64,000 nt of DNA from Nitrososphaerota archaeon (GTDB lineage Archaea; Thermoproteota; Nitrososphaeria; Conexivisphaerales; UBA164): positions 9,395-73,394 of the forward strand of contig WYER01000019.1 of the NCBI GenBank assembly GCA_009903795.1, given 5' to 3'. Numbering within the stretch: the first letter of the stretch is position 1; each line of letters begins with the position of its first letter. The notes beneath the pieces were generated by a model, which saw nothing but the letters and a program-made list of their open reading frames with translations, ran no database searches and had not been told where the DNA came from. Made by a program: the position numbers and the translations under genes. This document shows positions 1-9,110 of the stretch, one piece after another.

Positions 1-945
1 TAGAGGCCTGTAAAGGTTTTTCTTGTAAATCTTTTCTAGCAAAGTGCCCTCTACAACCAGCGTAGGGTAGATCTTTACCATATCAGGTTTAAACCTCTCA
101 TCATAGAAAAGTTTCCTGAAAGATTCTAGGTCTTTTTCCCTGTCAGAACCAGGGTAGCCGGGCATCATATGCGCTACTACTTTAAAGCCAGCATCTTTGG
201 CTATCCTGAAAGCCTCAACAGTATCAGCAACAGTATGTCCGCGGTGAGTCTTTTTAAGAAGAGAATCGTCAAGGGTCTGGACTCCAATTTCTACCCTTGT
301 CCCGCCATACCTTAACATCATATCAACGTGCTCCTCCTTGCAAAAATCTGGCCTCGTTTCTATTGTAAGCCCTACGCACCTGTGATTTGCTTTCTCGTTT
401 TCTTCTATAGCTTCTTCAAGAGTCGCGCTTATCCTGCCGTTCAAAGCATCGTAGATGTTCTTGACAAACCATTCTTGATAATCTTGCGGATAGCTTAAAA
501 ACGTTCCCCCCATTATAATTATTTCGTTTTTAGTTGTAGTGTGCCCAAGGCTTTCAAGATGTTCTAGCCTGTGATAAACTTGCTGAAAAGGATCGTAGTT
601 AAACTGCTTACCCCTAGCTGAAGCAGGTTCAAAACCAGTATAAGATTTAGGCGTCCCATATTCAATTCCGCCTGGACAGTATATGCACTGGGCCTGGGGA
701 GGACATGGAAAAGGTTTTGACATTACAGCAATTACAGTTACTCCAGAAATTGCTCGCGTTGGTTTAACAACGAGGTTTAGGTTTAAACCTTCGATCTTAG
801 CAAACCTTATTATGTCAGAGTTTTTTGGCACCCTATCCAAGTGATACTTTTTCGCCACCTCTATCTTCATTTTTTCAAGATCTTTTAAGCTATCATTTTC
901 ACGAATCCTTTGAACAAGCTCTTTTATCGCAACTTCATAAGACAC
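1..945 (-). CDS. elp3: tRNA uridine(34) acetyltransferase Elp3 (radical SAM/KAT), N-terminal part; runs off the window edge
   Basis: Absent from the ORF track. Manual minus-strand translation from GTG at 945: MSYEVAIKELV...KPTRAISGVTVIAVMSKPFPCPPQAQCIYCPGG...IMGGTF...GLTIETRPD...RVEIGVQT...HMMPG...PDMVKIYPTLV; open to position 1. Confidence 0.93.
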   Translation of the reverse strand, partial: MSYEVAIKELVQRIRENDSLKDLEKMKIEVAKKYHLDRVPKNSDIIRFAKIEGLNLNLVVKPTRAISGVTVIAVMSKPFPCPPQAQCIYCPGGIEYGTPKSYTGFEPASARGKQFNYDPFQQVYHRLEHLESLGHTTTKNEIIIMGGTFLSYPQDYQEWFVKNIYDALNGRISATLEEAIEENEKANHRCVGLTIETRPDFCKEEHVDMMLRYGGTRVEIGVQTLDDSLLKKTHRGHTVADTVEAFRIAKDAGFKVVAHMMPGYPGSDREKDLESFRKLFYDERFKPDMVKIYPTLVVEGTLLEKIYKKNLYRPL

Positions 946-995
946 GTTCAGATGTTTCTATCTTTATTATATTTATTTTTCTGAAAATGTTTTTA

Positions 996-1517
996 TTAAC
1001 GCCAATTTTCACCTGCTATAAACCTGACAAGCGCCATTACGATTCCTTCCTTTAAATAGTCTTTTCTCGTTACTTTTCCTTTTGTGTATATACCTATAGC
1101 ACCTAATCCTTTTTTCAGGCCTTTCATGCCAGTTATTTCGTCAATGACATCCCCTAGTTCTTCGCCATTTTTAATTCTCATCCAAACGCTATCAGGTACA
1201 GGGAAGCTGCCAGTCATTCCGCATGAAATCAAGCCGTCTTTCCGTGTTATGCATACTGCTGTAGTTATGAACCTATAGCTATAAAGCTCAAGGGCTCCAC
1301 CCTCTATTCCTACACCATACTCAGCACCAGGAACAAGGTTTATTGACTTTAAGGCTCTGTTCCTTGCTCCTATGAAAAGCATCTCGTTAAAGGGCTGGGG
1401 CGGCACTTCAGGATCTACTTCTACGCCTTTAACGTTTACGTCTTCGAAAAATGTTCGGAAAGCTTCAAGCGTAGCCTCAACTTTTATTGCGTTAGATGTG
1501 CCAACTGCAACAATCAT
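996..1517 (-). CDS. yjjX: Inosine/xanthosine triphosphatase (YjjX family non-canonical NTPase)
   Basis: IVAVGTSNAIKVEA N-terminus, QPF...GARNRA, GVGIEGG, GAIGIYT..VTR motifs. Confidence 0.88.
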   Translation of the reverse strand: MIVAVGTSNAIKVEATLEAFRTFFEDVNVKGVEVDPEVPPQPFNEMLFIGARNRALKSINLVPGAEYGVGIEGGALELYSYRFITTAVCITRKDGLISCGMTGSFPVPDSVWMRIKNGEELGDVIDEITGMKGLKKGLGAIGIYTKGKVTRKDYLKEGIVMALVRFIAGENWR

Positions 1518-1580
1518 ACAATGGGTTTAATAAAGAAGGTTAATAAAATTTGGAAAAACATTAGAAAACAAATCATTAAA

Positions 1581-3833
1581 TTAAAAAAGCAGATGGCTTA
1601 TAGCTGCTGTTAGATAAGGCGACATAGATAAAGAGTAAGTCCCTAAAAGCTTGTCGAGGATGACTATAGCTGAAGCAAAAACCACTGAAACAGTATTTAC
1701 AACTTTTATCAATGGGTTAAGTGAAGGTCCTGTTGTGTCCTTAAATGGATCGCCAACTACATCACCAACTACAGCGTTCTTGTGTGCAAGGCTTCCCTTA
1801 CTACCAAGAGAAGGATCACCATTAGCTTCGATGAATTTCTTTGCATTGTCCCACGCGCCCCCTGCGTTAGCCATAAGAAGAGCTCTTGGAAAGCCTACTA
1901 TGATAGTTCCGAGTATAAGCCCTACAAGCGTAACCCATCCAAGAAATACTCCAACAACTATCGGCAGTATTACTGCAAGTAATCCTGGAAACATGAACTC
2001 TGCAAGCGCGTGTCTTGTAACTATGTCTATAGCCTTTTCGTATTCAGGGCTTGATTTTCCCTCTAGTATTCCGGGTATTTCTCTGAACTGCCTTCTTATT
2101 TCTTGCACTAGCTCCATAGCTGTTTTGCTCACTGAGCCCAATGTTCTGCTGCTGAAGGTGTAAACCAATACAGCTCCAAGAAAAGCCCCTATTATAAGAT
2201 CAGGGTTTAGCACTGAAGTGCTTGAAAACGCAAGATCAATTATTTTAGTTACTGGTAAGCCAACGTAAGATCTCTTGACTACTTCATAAACAAACCCTAT
2301 AAAGAGAACTATAGCGGCAAGCCCTGCAGAGGCTATTGCATAACCTTTTGTTGTTGCCTTTGTAGTGTTACCTATAGCATCCAGAACATCAGTATGCTTT
2401 TTTACATCTTCAGTCAAACCTGCCATTTCGGCGAGTCCTGAAGCATTATCAGAAACAGGCCCAAAAGAATCTAAAGTTATTATTATGCCTGCCATAGAAA
2501 GAAGCCCTGTAGATGCAACTGCCGTGCCGTATATACCTGCTGTTACAGGTGTGGGATAAGCTATCAAAAAGTACCCAAGGTAAAAGCTTATGCCAAGTAC
2601 AGCTGAAACTGTTAAAAGCACAGGAACTGCGCTCATAAGCCCGTAAGCGTATCCAGTAACTATCACGTTGGATGGGCTGATAACTGATTGCTTTGCAATA
2701 TCCTTTACAGGCCTGTGAGTATAATGCGTATAGTACTCTGTTATGTGTAAAGCCATTATGGTTGTTATCATTCCAAGCAGGTCGCATATCCAAAGAGCTA
2801 TAGAGCTCGTGTTAAGCCCAAAGAAATAATAAAGAAATCCAAGGACTAAAATAGCTGTAATTGCCGTAACAGAGTAAAGCGAAAAGTTAAGCTTCTTCAT
2901 GACATCTTCTGCATTTTCGGCTTTGCCTCTTACAACCTGCAAACCAGCTATGGTGCTTAAAAGCGCAGATGCAACTATTATAAGAGGTAGGAAATAAAAC
3001 TTCTCTTGCATACCGAAAACAGATGCTATGAACATAGAACCGGTTACCACTACTACGAGGCTTTCATAAACATCGCTGGACATCCCTGCGACGTCTCCTA
3101 CGTTATCTCCTACGTTGTCCGCTATCGTTCCCGGGTTTCTTGGATCGTCTTCAGGAATGTTTTCTTCTACCTTCCCTACAATGTCAGCTCCCCAGTCTGC
3201 AGCCTTTGTGTAGATACCTCCTGCAACCCTTATGAAAAGGCTCATAAGGCTGGCTCCAAAAGCAACTGGAATCAGAGCTTCAGCCCACTGCTGGTTCCGA
3301 ACAAAAAGCAAAAACAAAACTGATATTACAAGTAGAGCTATGCTTGCTAAAATAGTTCCCATAACGCTGCCAGCCCTGAAGGAGACGCTTAATGCTCCTC
3401 CAAGACCATTTTTCTTAGCTGCCTGGGCTGTCCTCGAAGCGCTTCTAGTAGTTATGTACATTCCAAAATAACCCGCAAGACCGCTGCCCAAAGCCCCTAG
3501 CACAAATGATATGACAGCCATAAAAGCAAGCGTCGTGCTGTTAAAGCCAAAAAAGTAAACAGCCCCAACGAACAAAGCCAACAAAGTCCCAACTGGAAGT
3601 ATAGTTTTATATTCTCTTGAAAGGAAAGCCCTTGCACCTGAAGCTATTAAGGAGCTTATTTTTTGCATGTATTCGGTTCCAGGGTCCTGTTTTAGAACCC
3701 AATAAGCCATGTAGCCTCCATAAAACAAACCTACTAAAGAAATTATCAAAGGAAAAGCTAGGACGCTGTAGTTATACCCTAATCCTAGAAGGGTAATAAA
3801 ATAAAATGAGAGATTTATGAACATTTTTTTCAT
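1581..3833 (-). CDS. hppA: Membrane-bound H+-translocating pyrophosphatase, K+-independent type
   Basis: 750 aa polytopic protein; GGIYTKAADWGAD, EDDPRNP..IADNVGDNVGD, DSFGPVSDNA, GNTTKA (Lys marks the K+-independent type), GGAWDNAKK, GDPFKDT. Confidence 0.95.
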   Translation of the reverse strand: MKKMFINLSFYFITLLGLGYNYSVLAFPLIISLVGLFYGGYMAYWVLKQDPGTEYMQKISSLIASGARAFLSREYKTILPVGTLLALFVGAVYFFGFNSTTLAFMAVISFVLGALGSGLAGYFGMYITTRSASRTAQAAKKNGLGGALSVSFRAGSVMGTILASIALLVISVLFLLFVRNQQWAEALIPVAFGASLMSLFIRVAGGIYTKAADWGADIVGKVEENIPEDDPRNPGTIADNVGDNVGDVAGMSSDVYESLVVVVTGSMFIASVFGMQEKFYFLPLIIVASALLSTIAGLQVVRGKAENAEDVMKKLNFSLYSVTAITAILVLGFLYYFFGLNTSSIALWICDLLGMITTIMALHITEYYTHYTHRPVKDIAKQSVISPSNVIVTGYAYGLMSAVPVLLTVSAVLGISFYLGYFLIAYPTPVTAGIYGTAVASTGLLSMAGIIITLDSFGPVSDNASGLAEMAGLTEDVKKHTDVLDAIGNTTKATTKGYAIASAGLAAIVLFIGFVYEVVKRSYVGLPVTKIIDLAFSSTSVLNPDLIIGAFLGAVLVYTFSSRTLGSVSKTAMELVQEIRRQFREIPGILEGKSSPEYEKAIDIVTRHALAEFMFPGLLAVILPIVVGVFLGWVTLVGLILGTIIVGFPRALLMANAGGAWDNAKKFIEANGDPSLGSKGSLAHKNAVVGDVVGDPFKDTTGPSLNPLIKVVNTVSVVFASAIVILDKLLGTYSLSMSPYLTAAISHLLF

Positions 3834-3975
3834 TATATATATGTTTTGTGTCCTTATAACTTTTATCCTCTATGAACGTGAATAAGGGCTGTAATAGGAT
3901 TAAAAAATTGTAATAGCTTGTATAAATTTAACAAACGTTTATATTTTTATAATAATAATAATTTATAGAATAAAA

Positions 3976-4614
3976 TTGTATGTTGGAGAACCAGAAATTC
4001 AAGCAAAGAGGAAGATACTTGCTGTACTAGTTGATGAGTGTAGAAAATCAGTAGATGCCATAAGGGAACTTTCGAAGATGATCGGCGATAGCAGGAATGC
4101 TGATGAAAGTTACTTAAAGATAAAGAGCGCTACAGAAGATGTAAGCGGCTACAGAAGGGCTCTTACTAGAAGCCTTGCTGAGCTCGGAAGCATGATAATA
4201 AACAAAGAAGACATAATGAGAGCAGCGTATCAAATTGAGGATCTTCTTGGCCTGATCGAGGGTACAGCTTTCAGGCTTAAGCAGTTAGCTCCAGAAAAAT
4301 ATTCAAAGTATGGGCTTAATGACACATTAACGAAACTTAGTGATAGGTTGATCGAAATGATAATAAAGCTTAACGACATGGTAAAAATGTTACAGATAAA
4401 CCCAGAAAAAGTCGTTGAAATGCTACCAGGGATCGAGTCTATCGAAAAAGACATAGACAATACATACAGACAAACGCTTGTTGACGCGTTTAACAACATA
4501 AGCGATGCAAAGCTTTACATAATGATTAAAGACATACTGGAAAGAATCGACGAAATTTCAGACCTGGTTCTTTCAATTTCAGATTCTATAATGATAATTT
4601 CGATAGGGCTTTGA
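3976..4614 (+). CDS. DUF47 / PhoU-like phosphate transport regulator
   Basis: All-helical 212 aa protein with duplicated helical repeats (RRALTRSL...NKEDIMR; IEKDIDNTYR...ERIDEISD) typical of DUF47. Confidence 0.75.
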   Translation: MYVGEPEIQAKRKILAVLVDECRKSVDAIRELSKMIGDSRNADESYLKIKSATEDVSGYRRALTRSLAELGSMIINKEDIMRAAYQIEDLLGLIEGTAFRLKQLAPEKYSKYGLNDTLTKLSDRLIEMIIKLNDMVKMLQINPEKVVEMLPGIESIEKDIDNTYRQTLVDAFNNISDAKLYIMIKDILERIDEISDLVLSISDSIMIISIGL

Positions 4615-5150
4615 TAAAACCAGCTAAAGGAATTTTATCTGAAAAAAACGTGATAATCTGGGACATCGATCAAGCTAATTTTATCTATTTTTCAGGATTC
4701 TTTGGAAAACCAATGAACATAAAAAAACCAAAGGGACCTTTTAAAGAACCGTTGGTGCTTGATCCAATAGAGAGCATTTATCTTTCAGAAAAAAACCAGC
4801 TTGAGGTTTATGATGGAGATAAAAAGATTGGGCCAGCAAAGCTCATGGATTTTTTTAAGAAAAGTTATGAAAATTTGGAGGAAAAGTATGCGGTTTACTC
4901 TTATCTAAGGGACAAAGGTTATGTTGTTCTGCCAGGGATAAAGTTTGGTGGAGACTTTGCAGTTTACAGAAAGGGTCCAGGACTTGAACACGCTCCGTAC
5001 ATTTTAAACGTGATAAAAAAAGATAAAATTCTTTCTGTAACAGAAATAGTTTTAGCAGGAAGGTTGGCCAGATCCGTAAAGAAAAAGTACATTTTTGCTG
5101 TAGTTTCAGAAAAGCCACTCTTTATAGGGCTCGAATGGTGGAAGCCTTAA
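4611..5150 (+). CDS. endA: tRNA-intron endonuclease, catalytic subunit
   Basis: VYSYLRDKGYVVLPGIKFGGDFAVY, GPGLEHAPY and RLARSVKKK supply the Tyr/His/Lys triad; TTGA overlap with the DUF47 stop. Confidence 0.92.
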   Translation: MIKPAKGILSEKNVIIWDIDQANFIYFSGFFGKPMNIKKPKGPFKEPLVLDPIESIYLSEKNQLEVYDGDKKIGPAKLMDFFKKSYENLEEKYAVYSYLRDKGYVVLPGIKFGGDFAVYRKGPGLEHAPYILNVIKKDKILSVTEIVLAGRLARSVKKKYIFAVVSEKPLFIGLEWWKP

Positions 5151-5171
5151 AATAGAAAATAAAAAATTTAA

Positions 5172-5246
5172 CGGGCCCGGTGGGATTCGAACCCACGACC
5201 TACAGCTTAGGAGGCTGCCGCGCTATCCAGGCTGCGCCACGGGCCC
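5172..5246 (-). tRNA. tRNA-Arg(CCT)
   Basis: GGGCCCG acceptor stem, anticodon arm GCAGC-CT-CCT-AA-GCTGT, GGTTCGAATCC T-loop; no intron, no encoded CCA. Confidence 0.95.
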
Positions 5247-5247
5247 T

Positions 5248-5332
5248 TGCGGGGGGTGGGATTTGAACCCACGCACCCCAACGGGACGAGGTTCTAAGCC
5301 TCGCGCCATTGACCAGGCTAGGCGACCCCCGC
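5248..5332 (-). tRNA. tRNA-Leu(TAG)
   Basis: GCGGGGG acceptor stem, anticodon arm CGAGG-CT-TAG-AA-CCTCG, long variable arm, GGTTCAAATCC. Confidence 0.95.
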
Positions 5333-5334
5333 GA

Positions 5335-5406
5335 TGGACCGGGGGGGACTCGAACCCCCGACCTCTCCCATGCCACGGGAGCGTTCTACCCCTGAACTAC
5401 CGGCCC
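5335..5406 (-). tRNA. tRNA-Ala(GGC)
   Basis: GGGCCGG/CCGGTCC acceptor stem with the G3:U70 Ala identity pair; anticodon arm CTCCC-GT-GGC-AT-GGGAG. Confidence 0.93.
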
Positions 5407-5561
5407 GCATTTATATTTAAAACCTGGTCCGTTTTTATCCTTTTTGTTCAGATTTAAGTAACTACCTAGTGCTTCTAAGCTCATCGCTGAACTTAACGCA
5501 TCAGCTCATTCGTTATGACTTTTTTCTAACGAAGTTTCTTTCCTCTTATCCTTGTGTTCTC

Positions 5562-5713
5562 GGTGCCGTTAACTTAAGCTCATAACCCGTTTACCTTATG
5601 TAATCAACAAAATTGACTTAATCCGTTCTGAAAGCTGATTTTTGATGTTGCACTGAACCAATTTCTTCGTGAGCACATAATAAAAGAACCTTAAGGCTTA
5701 AGTTAACGGCACC
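5562..5713. mobile_element. Putative MITE, 152 bp, with perfect 18-bp terminal inverted repeats
   Basis: GGTGCCGTTAACTTAAGC at 5562-5579 and its exact reverse complement at 5696-5713; non-coding interior; flanks TTCTC / TTCGC (4 of 5 identical). Confidence 0.7.
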
Positions 5714-5755
5714 TTCGCGTATAACTAAAATAAAAAGGAATTAATCAACAGAGCA

Positions 5756-6952
5756 TTATAATTTTGTATTATATTGTTCATGGTTTACTTCTTTAAAGAA
5801 TTTTAATAATAAAATGATCGAAGAAATTTGAAGAATGATAATATATGTAATGATTATACTAATTTGCTTGAAAAAATATCCTACTAAGATGTCAGCTACT
5901 AATAACCCATATCCATAAGAAGTATTTAATATCCCGAATATGGATCCTCTTTGTTTCTCCTCTACATAACTGCCTACTATTGATCTTGCAACTGTATCGT
6001 TGATCCCAGTAAATGCACCAAATAATAGACCAAGTAACATGTAAAACAAAATATTGTGAAAACTAACCATTGAAATGATTAATATTGCTAATATAGGACC
6101 AAAAATTATTATCTCTTTTCCAATTTTATCGTATGCTATGCCAAAGATAAATCCGAATACACCTTCACCTGCCATAGCAAGCGTGAATATCAATGTTACC
6201 TCATACCGTGCTAAAAATCCCTGAGCCGAAACCAATATAAATGGGATATTATAGATTCCAGCTGCGCTCAAGCCTATTCCTAGAACATAGTACATAAGAT
6301 GTCTTTTTTTAATTCCTTTTTCTATATTTTTTCGAGCTTCAAAGTTTTTCTCCTTTTTTGAATATCTATATGAAGTATATAGAAATAGAATACTCAAAGT
6401 TGCTGGTATTGCCAAAAATAGAAATGCATGCCTGAAACCATAATTATAAAAAAGCATCGCAGAAATTATTAAGGGACCTATTACAGCACCAGCTTGATCA
6501 AGCAAATTCTGTAATGCAAATGAATAGCCTATCCTATTTTCAGAACCCATCGTTGAGATAACATAATCCCTTGGCGGAATTCTTGTTGCACGACCCAACC
6601 TCTCCATAATGATTAAAATTGCCGCAATAATGTAATTATTTGCTAGCGCAAGTAATGGTACTGCAAAAAGATTTATTATATAACCTAAAAACATCATCCC
6701 CCAGTAGTTTCCTGTTTTGTCTGAAATCTTTCCTGACACGGATCTGAATGAATATCCCAAAAAGTCTCCAAGACCCATTACAATGCCTAAGGCAAATACG
6801 GACCCGCCAAGCACATATGTAAAATATTGCGGTATTATGCTTCTTGCGCTTTCGTATGTCATGTCAGCAAAAAAACTCACTATACCTATCAGAATTATTA
6901 GCTTTAAATTTGGACTTATTTTCTTTATTCCCTTACTCATATTTGAACTCAC
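5756..6952 (-). CDS. MFS transporter
   Basis: About 12 hydrophobic segments; SGKISDKTG (MFS motif A-like), ERLGRATRIPPRD, GIAYDKIG. Confidence 0.88.
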   Translation of the reverse strand: MSSNMSKGIKKISPNLKLIILIGIVSFFADMTYESARSIIPQYFTYVLGGSVFALGIVMGLGDFLGYSFRSVSGKISDKTGNYWGMMFLGYIINLFAVPLLALANNYIIAAILIIMERLGRATRIPPRDYVISTMGSENRIGYSFALQNLLDQAGAVIGPLIISAMLFYNYGFRHAFLFLAIPATLSILFLYTSYRYSKKEKNFEARKNIEKGIKKRHLMYYVLGIGLSAAGIYNIPFILVSAQGFLARYEVTLIFTLAMAGEGVFGFIFGIAYDKIGKEIIIFGPILAILIISMVSFHNILFYMLLGLLFGAFTGINDTVARSIVGSYVEEKQRGSIFGILNTSYGYGLLVADILVGYFFKQISIIITYIIILQISSIILLLKFFKEVNHEQYNTKL

Positions 6953-7107
6953 TCAGAATTGTGTGCATTTCCATCAGCCTATTTATTTTTGATTTTTATA
7001 AATTTTTTATCTTGTTTAAAATTAAGAATTGTGACATAAGCCCAGAAAGATTAAATGCAAAGACTTGATTTTCATTTAATATTTGGAATATTTCAAATTT
7101 ATCAATC

Positions 7108-8599
7108 TGACCTCTTCCCTGCCCTTGAAGAGGCGAGGGTTTCCTGAGGTCTCAAGGGTTACACCCCTTTACGGGTGCTACTCTTTTGTGATCTACTATG
7201 AAAGATATAGGCTTCTTTACTTTTGAAACAATTACGTTCGCTGCTTTTTTGAGAATGTTCAATGCGCCGTTAAGGTCTGAATGAAGTCTATGTCCTTTAG
7301 GGCAAATAACTACTCCTCTTGGTATTCTTTTGACTTCTACATCATGATAAGCGCAGTTCTTTGAAGTATTATACTCAACAACCTCAAACACTTTTATCCC
7401 ATACTCTTGAGCCTTAAGTTCTATTGCATCTATTAACTTGCGATAAGACCACAAGTTTACTGTAAATTTATTGCCCTTCTCCTGAGCTATCTCAAAAGGG
7501 TAGCCTAAGTATATAGTTGAAACGCCTTGTTTATGTAACTCTTTTATTAAGTGCGAAGCTAAGTTCTTGTACAAGTGACGAAGCCTTCTCTTTAACTTCC
7601 CGTGCAACCTTTTCTTCTCTTTTAATAACTCCTCATACGCTTTATATTTACCCATGTTTTTCGTTTTGTCTGCCAATGATTGTACTTCTGCTATCTTCTT
7701 CTCAAAGTAAAAATAATCTTCCTTAGCCCTAACGCCTTTATAGAGCAACCAAGTTCCGTCTTCTACTATCACGCTTGCCAAAACGTTGATACCTAAGTCT
7801 ATTGAAGCCATTTTGTTTCCTTTAGGCGATTCAACCTGAACGCTTTTCCTTTCACCGTGAACGATATATTTGCTTTTATTTCCCTTTTTAGTTATTTCAA
7901 CTCCTACATTAACAGGGATTGAAGCGTACCACGCATTCTTTGCTTCGTCGTAGTATATCTCAAGCCTACCCTGTTTGCCGTACCACCTTGACCTGCCTGC
8001 AAAATCAATTTCCATGTTGAAGTCTTTAAGAATTAACTTATGGTTCTGCTCGTCTACAATGTATCTATCTTGCCTTATCGCGAGAATTAGCTTCCTCCTT
8101 TTTTTCTTTGTCTTTCCAGTAATTCGGTGGGCTAACGCGTTTTATGAATGGTGGCAATTTTCCTTCTTTCTTCAGCTTCAGCAAGGAGAAAAAGGAAGAC
8201 TAAGCTTCGTTGTTCTTTTTTATGACTGCTTGAGCGTTAACTCCTAATTCTTCTTTGTACTTTTCGTAGTATTTGTCCCACGTTGTATTGAAGTCCACGT
8301 GGTGTTGCTGAAAGAACTGTTGTCTCCTTTCGTAGTTAATTTCGTTGAAGAGTTTCGCCGATATATTCGCTAACCTTTTTAGTTTCCTTTCCTGAAAACC
8401 GTTCGGAAAAAGGCACACGACGTTTGTCCTCTTATTCGTGTGCTTAGCTTCGTAGATGCCCTCCTCTGGCATTGCGGGAGAATTCGGCTCCCGCCCCTCA
8501 TGTCCTAAGAGTTGACCAGAGGAGAGCATCTCAAAACAAAATAGCAGTTTTAATTTAAAAGCTTTTGCCCCGCCATTTATGGCGAGGTTTGTCATTCAC
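7108..8599 (-). mobile_element. IS200/IS605-family tnpB-only element, inactivated
   Basis: Left-end hairpin CCTCGCC-ATAAAT-GGCGGGG near 8569-8588; right-end hairpin CCCTCGCCTCTTCAAGGGCAGGG followed by GAGGTCA ending at 7108; tnpB pseudogene inside; no tnpA. Confidence 0.85.
7152..8472 (-). pseudogene. tnpB: TnpB RNA-guided endonuclease, disrupted
   Basis: Starts MPEEG at 8472; in-frame TAG at 8200-8202 (NNEA*SSFFSLLK, expected Trp) plus a frameshift in the T7 run near 8099-8105; C-terminal part keeps SIDLGINVLA, LGYP, CAYH..CPKGH and SDLNGALNIL. Confidence 0.9.
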
Positions 8600-9110
8600 T
8601 TTATCAATCAGTAGGTTACAGCAGCTTTACGACGAATACAAAAGGCACATTAAATGTTAAGAAAAAGGCTGGAAGGCATAAACGGTCCTTGAATAAGATG
8701 TAAGGGAGAAGATAACATTTATGGTTGGGAAGGTTAATCATCCTCAAACGAACGTAAAAGATGGGTTCTTCGACATATTTGTGAAGAAGGTTTAAGTTCT
8801 TCGATTCTATTGATGAATTCATGCAATGGTACAGCTTCATAAGGCCTCTTGAAGCGTTTGACATTGAAAGGTTTGAAACTCCAACAATAATCTATTATAA
8901 GAGGCTTAAAAGGAGATCGTTGAACAGTCATTCTTAGATATGCTGGAAAGGGGTGTAATAATTTGGGAATAAAACTCACTGCAAAAAGTTCCTATATGGT
9001 TAAATATTACTTGGAGCGGTTTATTAACATGCTCCTAAAGGAGCATAAACGGGATGGAGTCCCCTATTAACCGCCTTTTAGGCTGATGACTCCTATCGAG
9101 GCGATATTAA

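Noticed and set aside
8616-9100. Short ORFs (FINRIEEL..LLHKYVEEP) and a GC-richer stretch near 9040-9095
   Set aside because: Possibly a decayed archaeal ATPase gene or a further IS end, but too degraded to assign without a search
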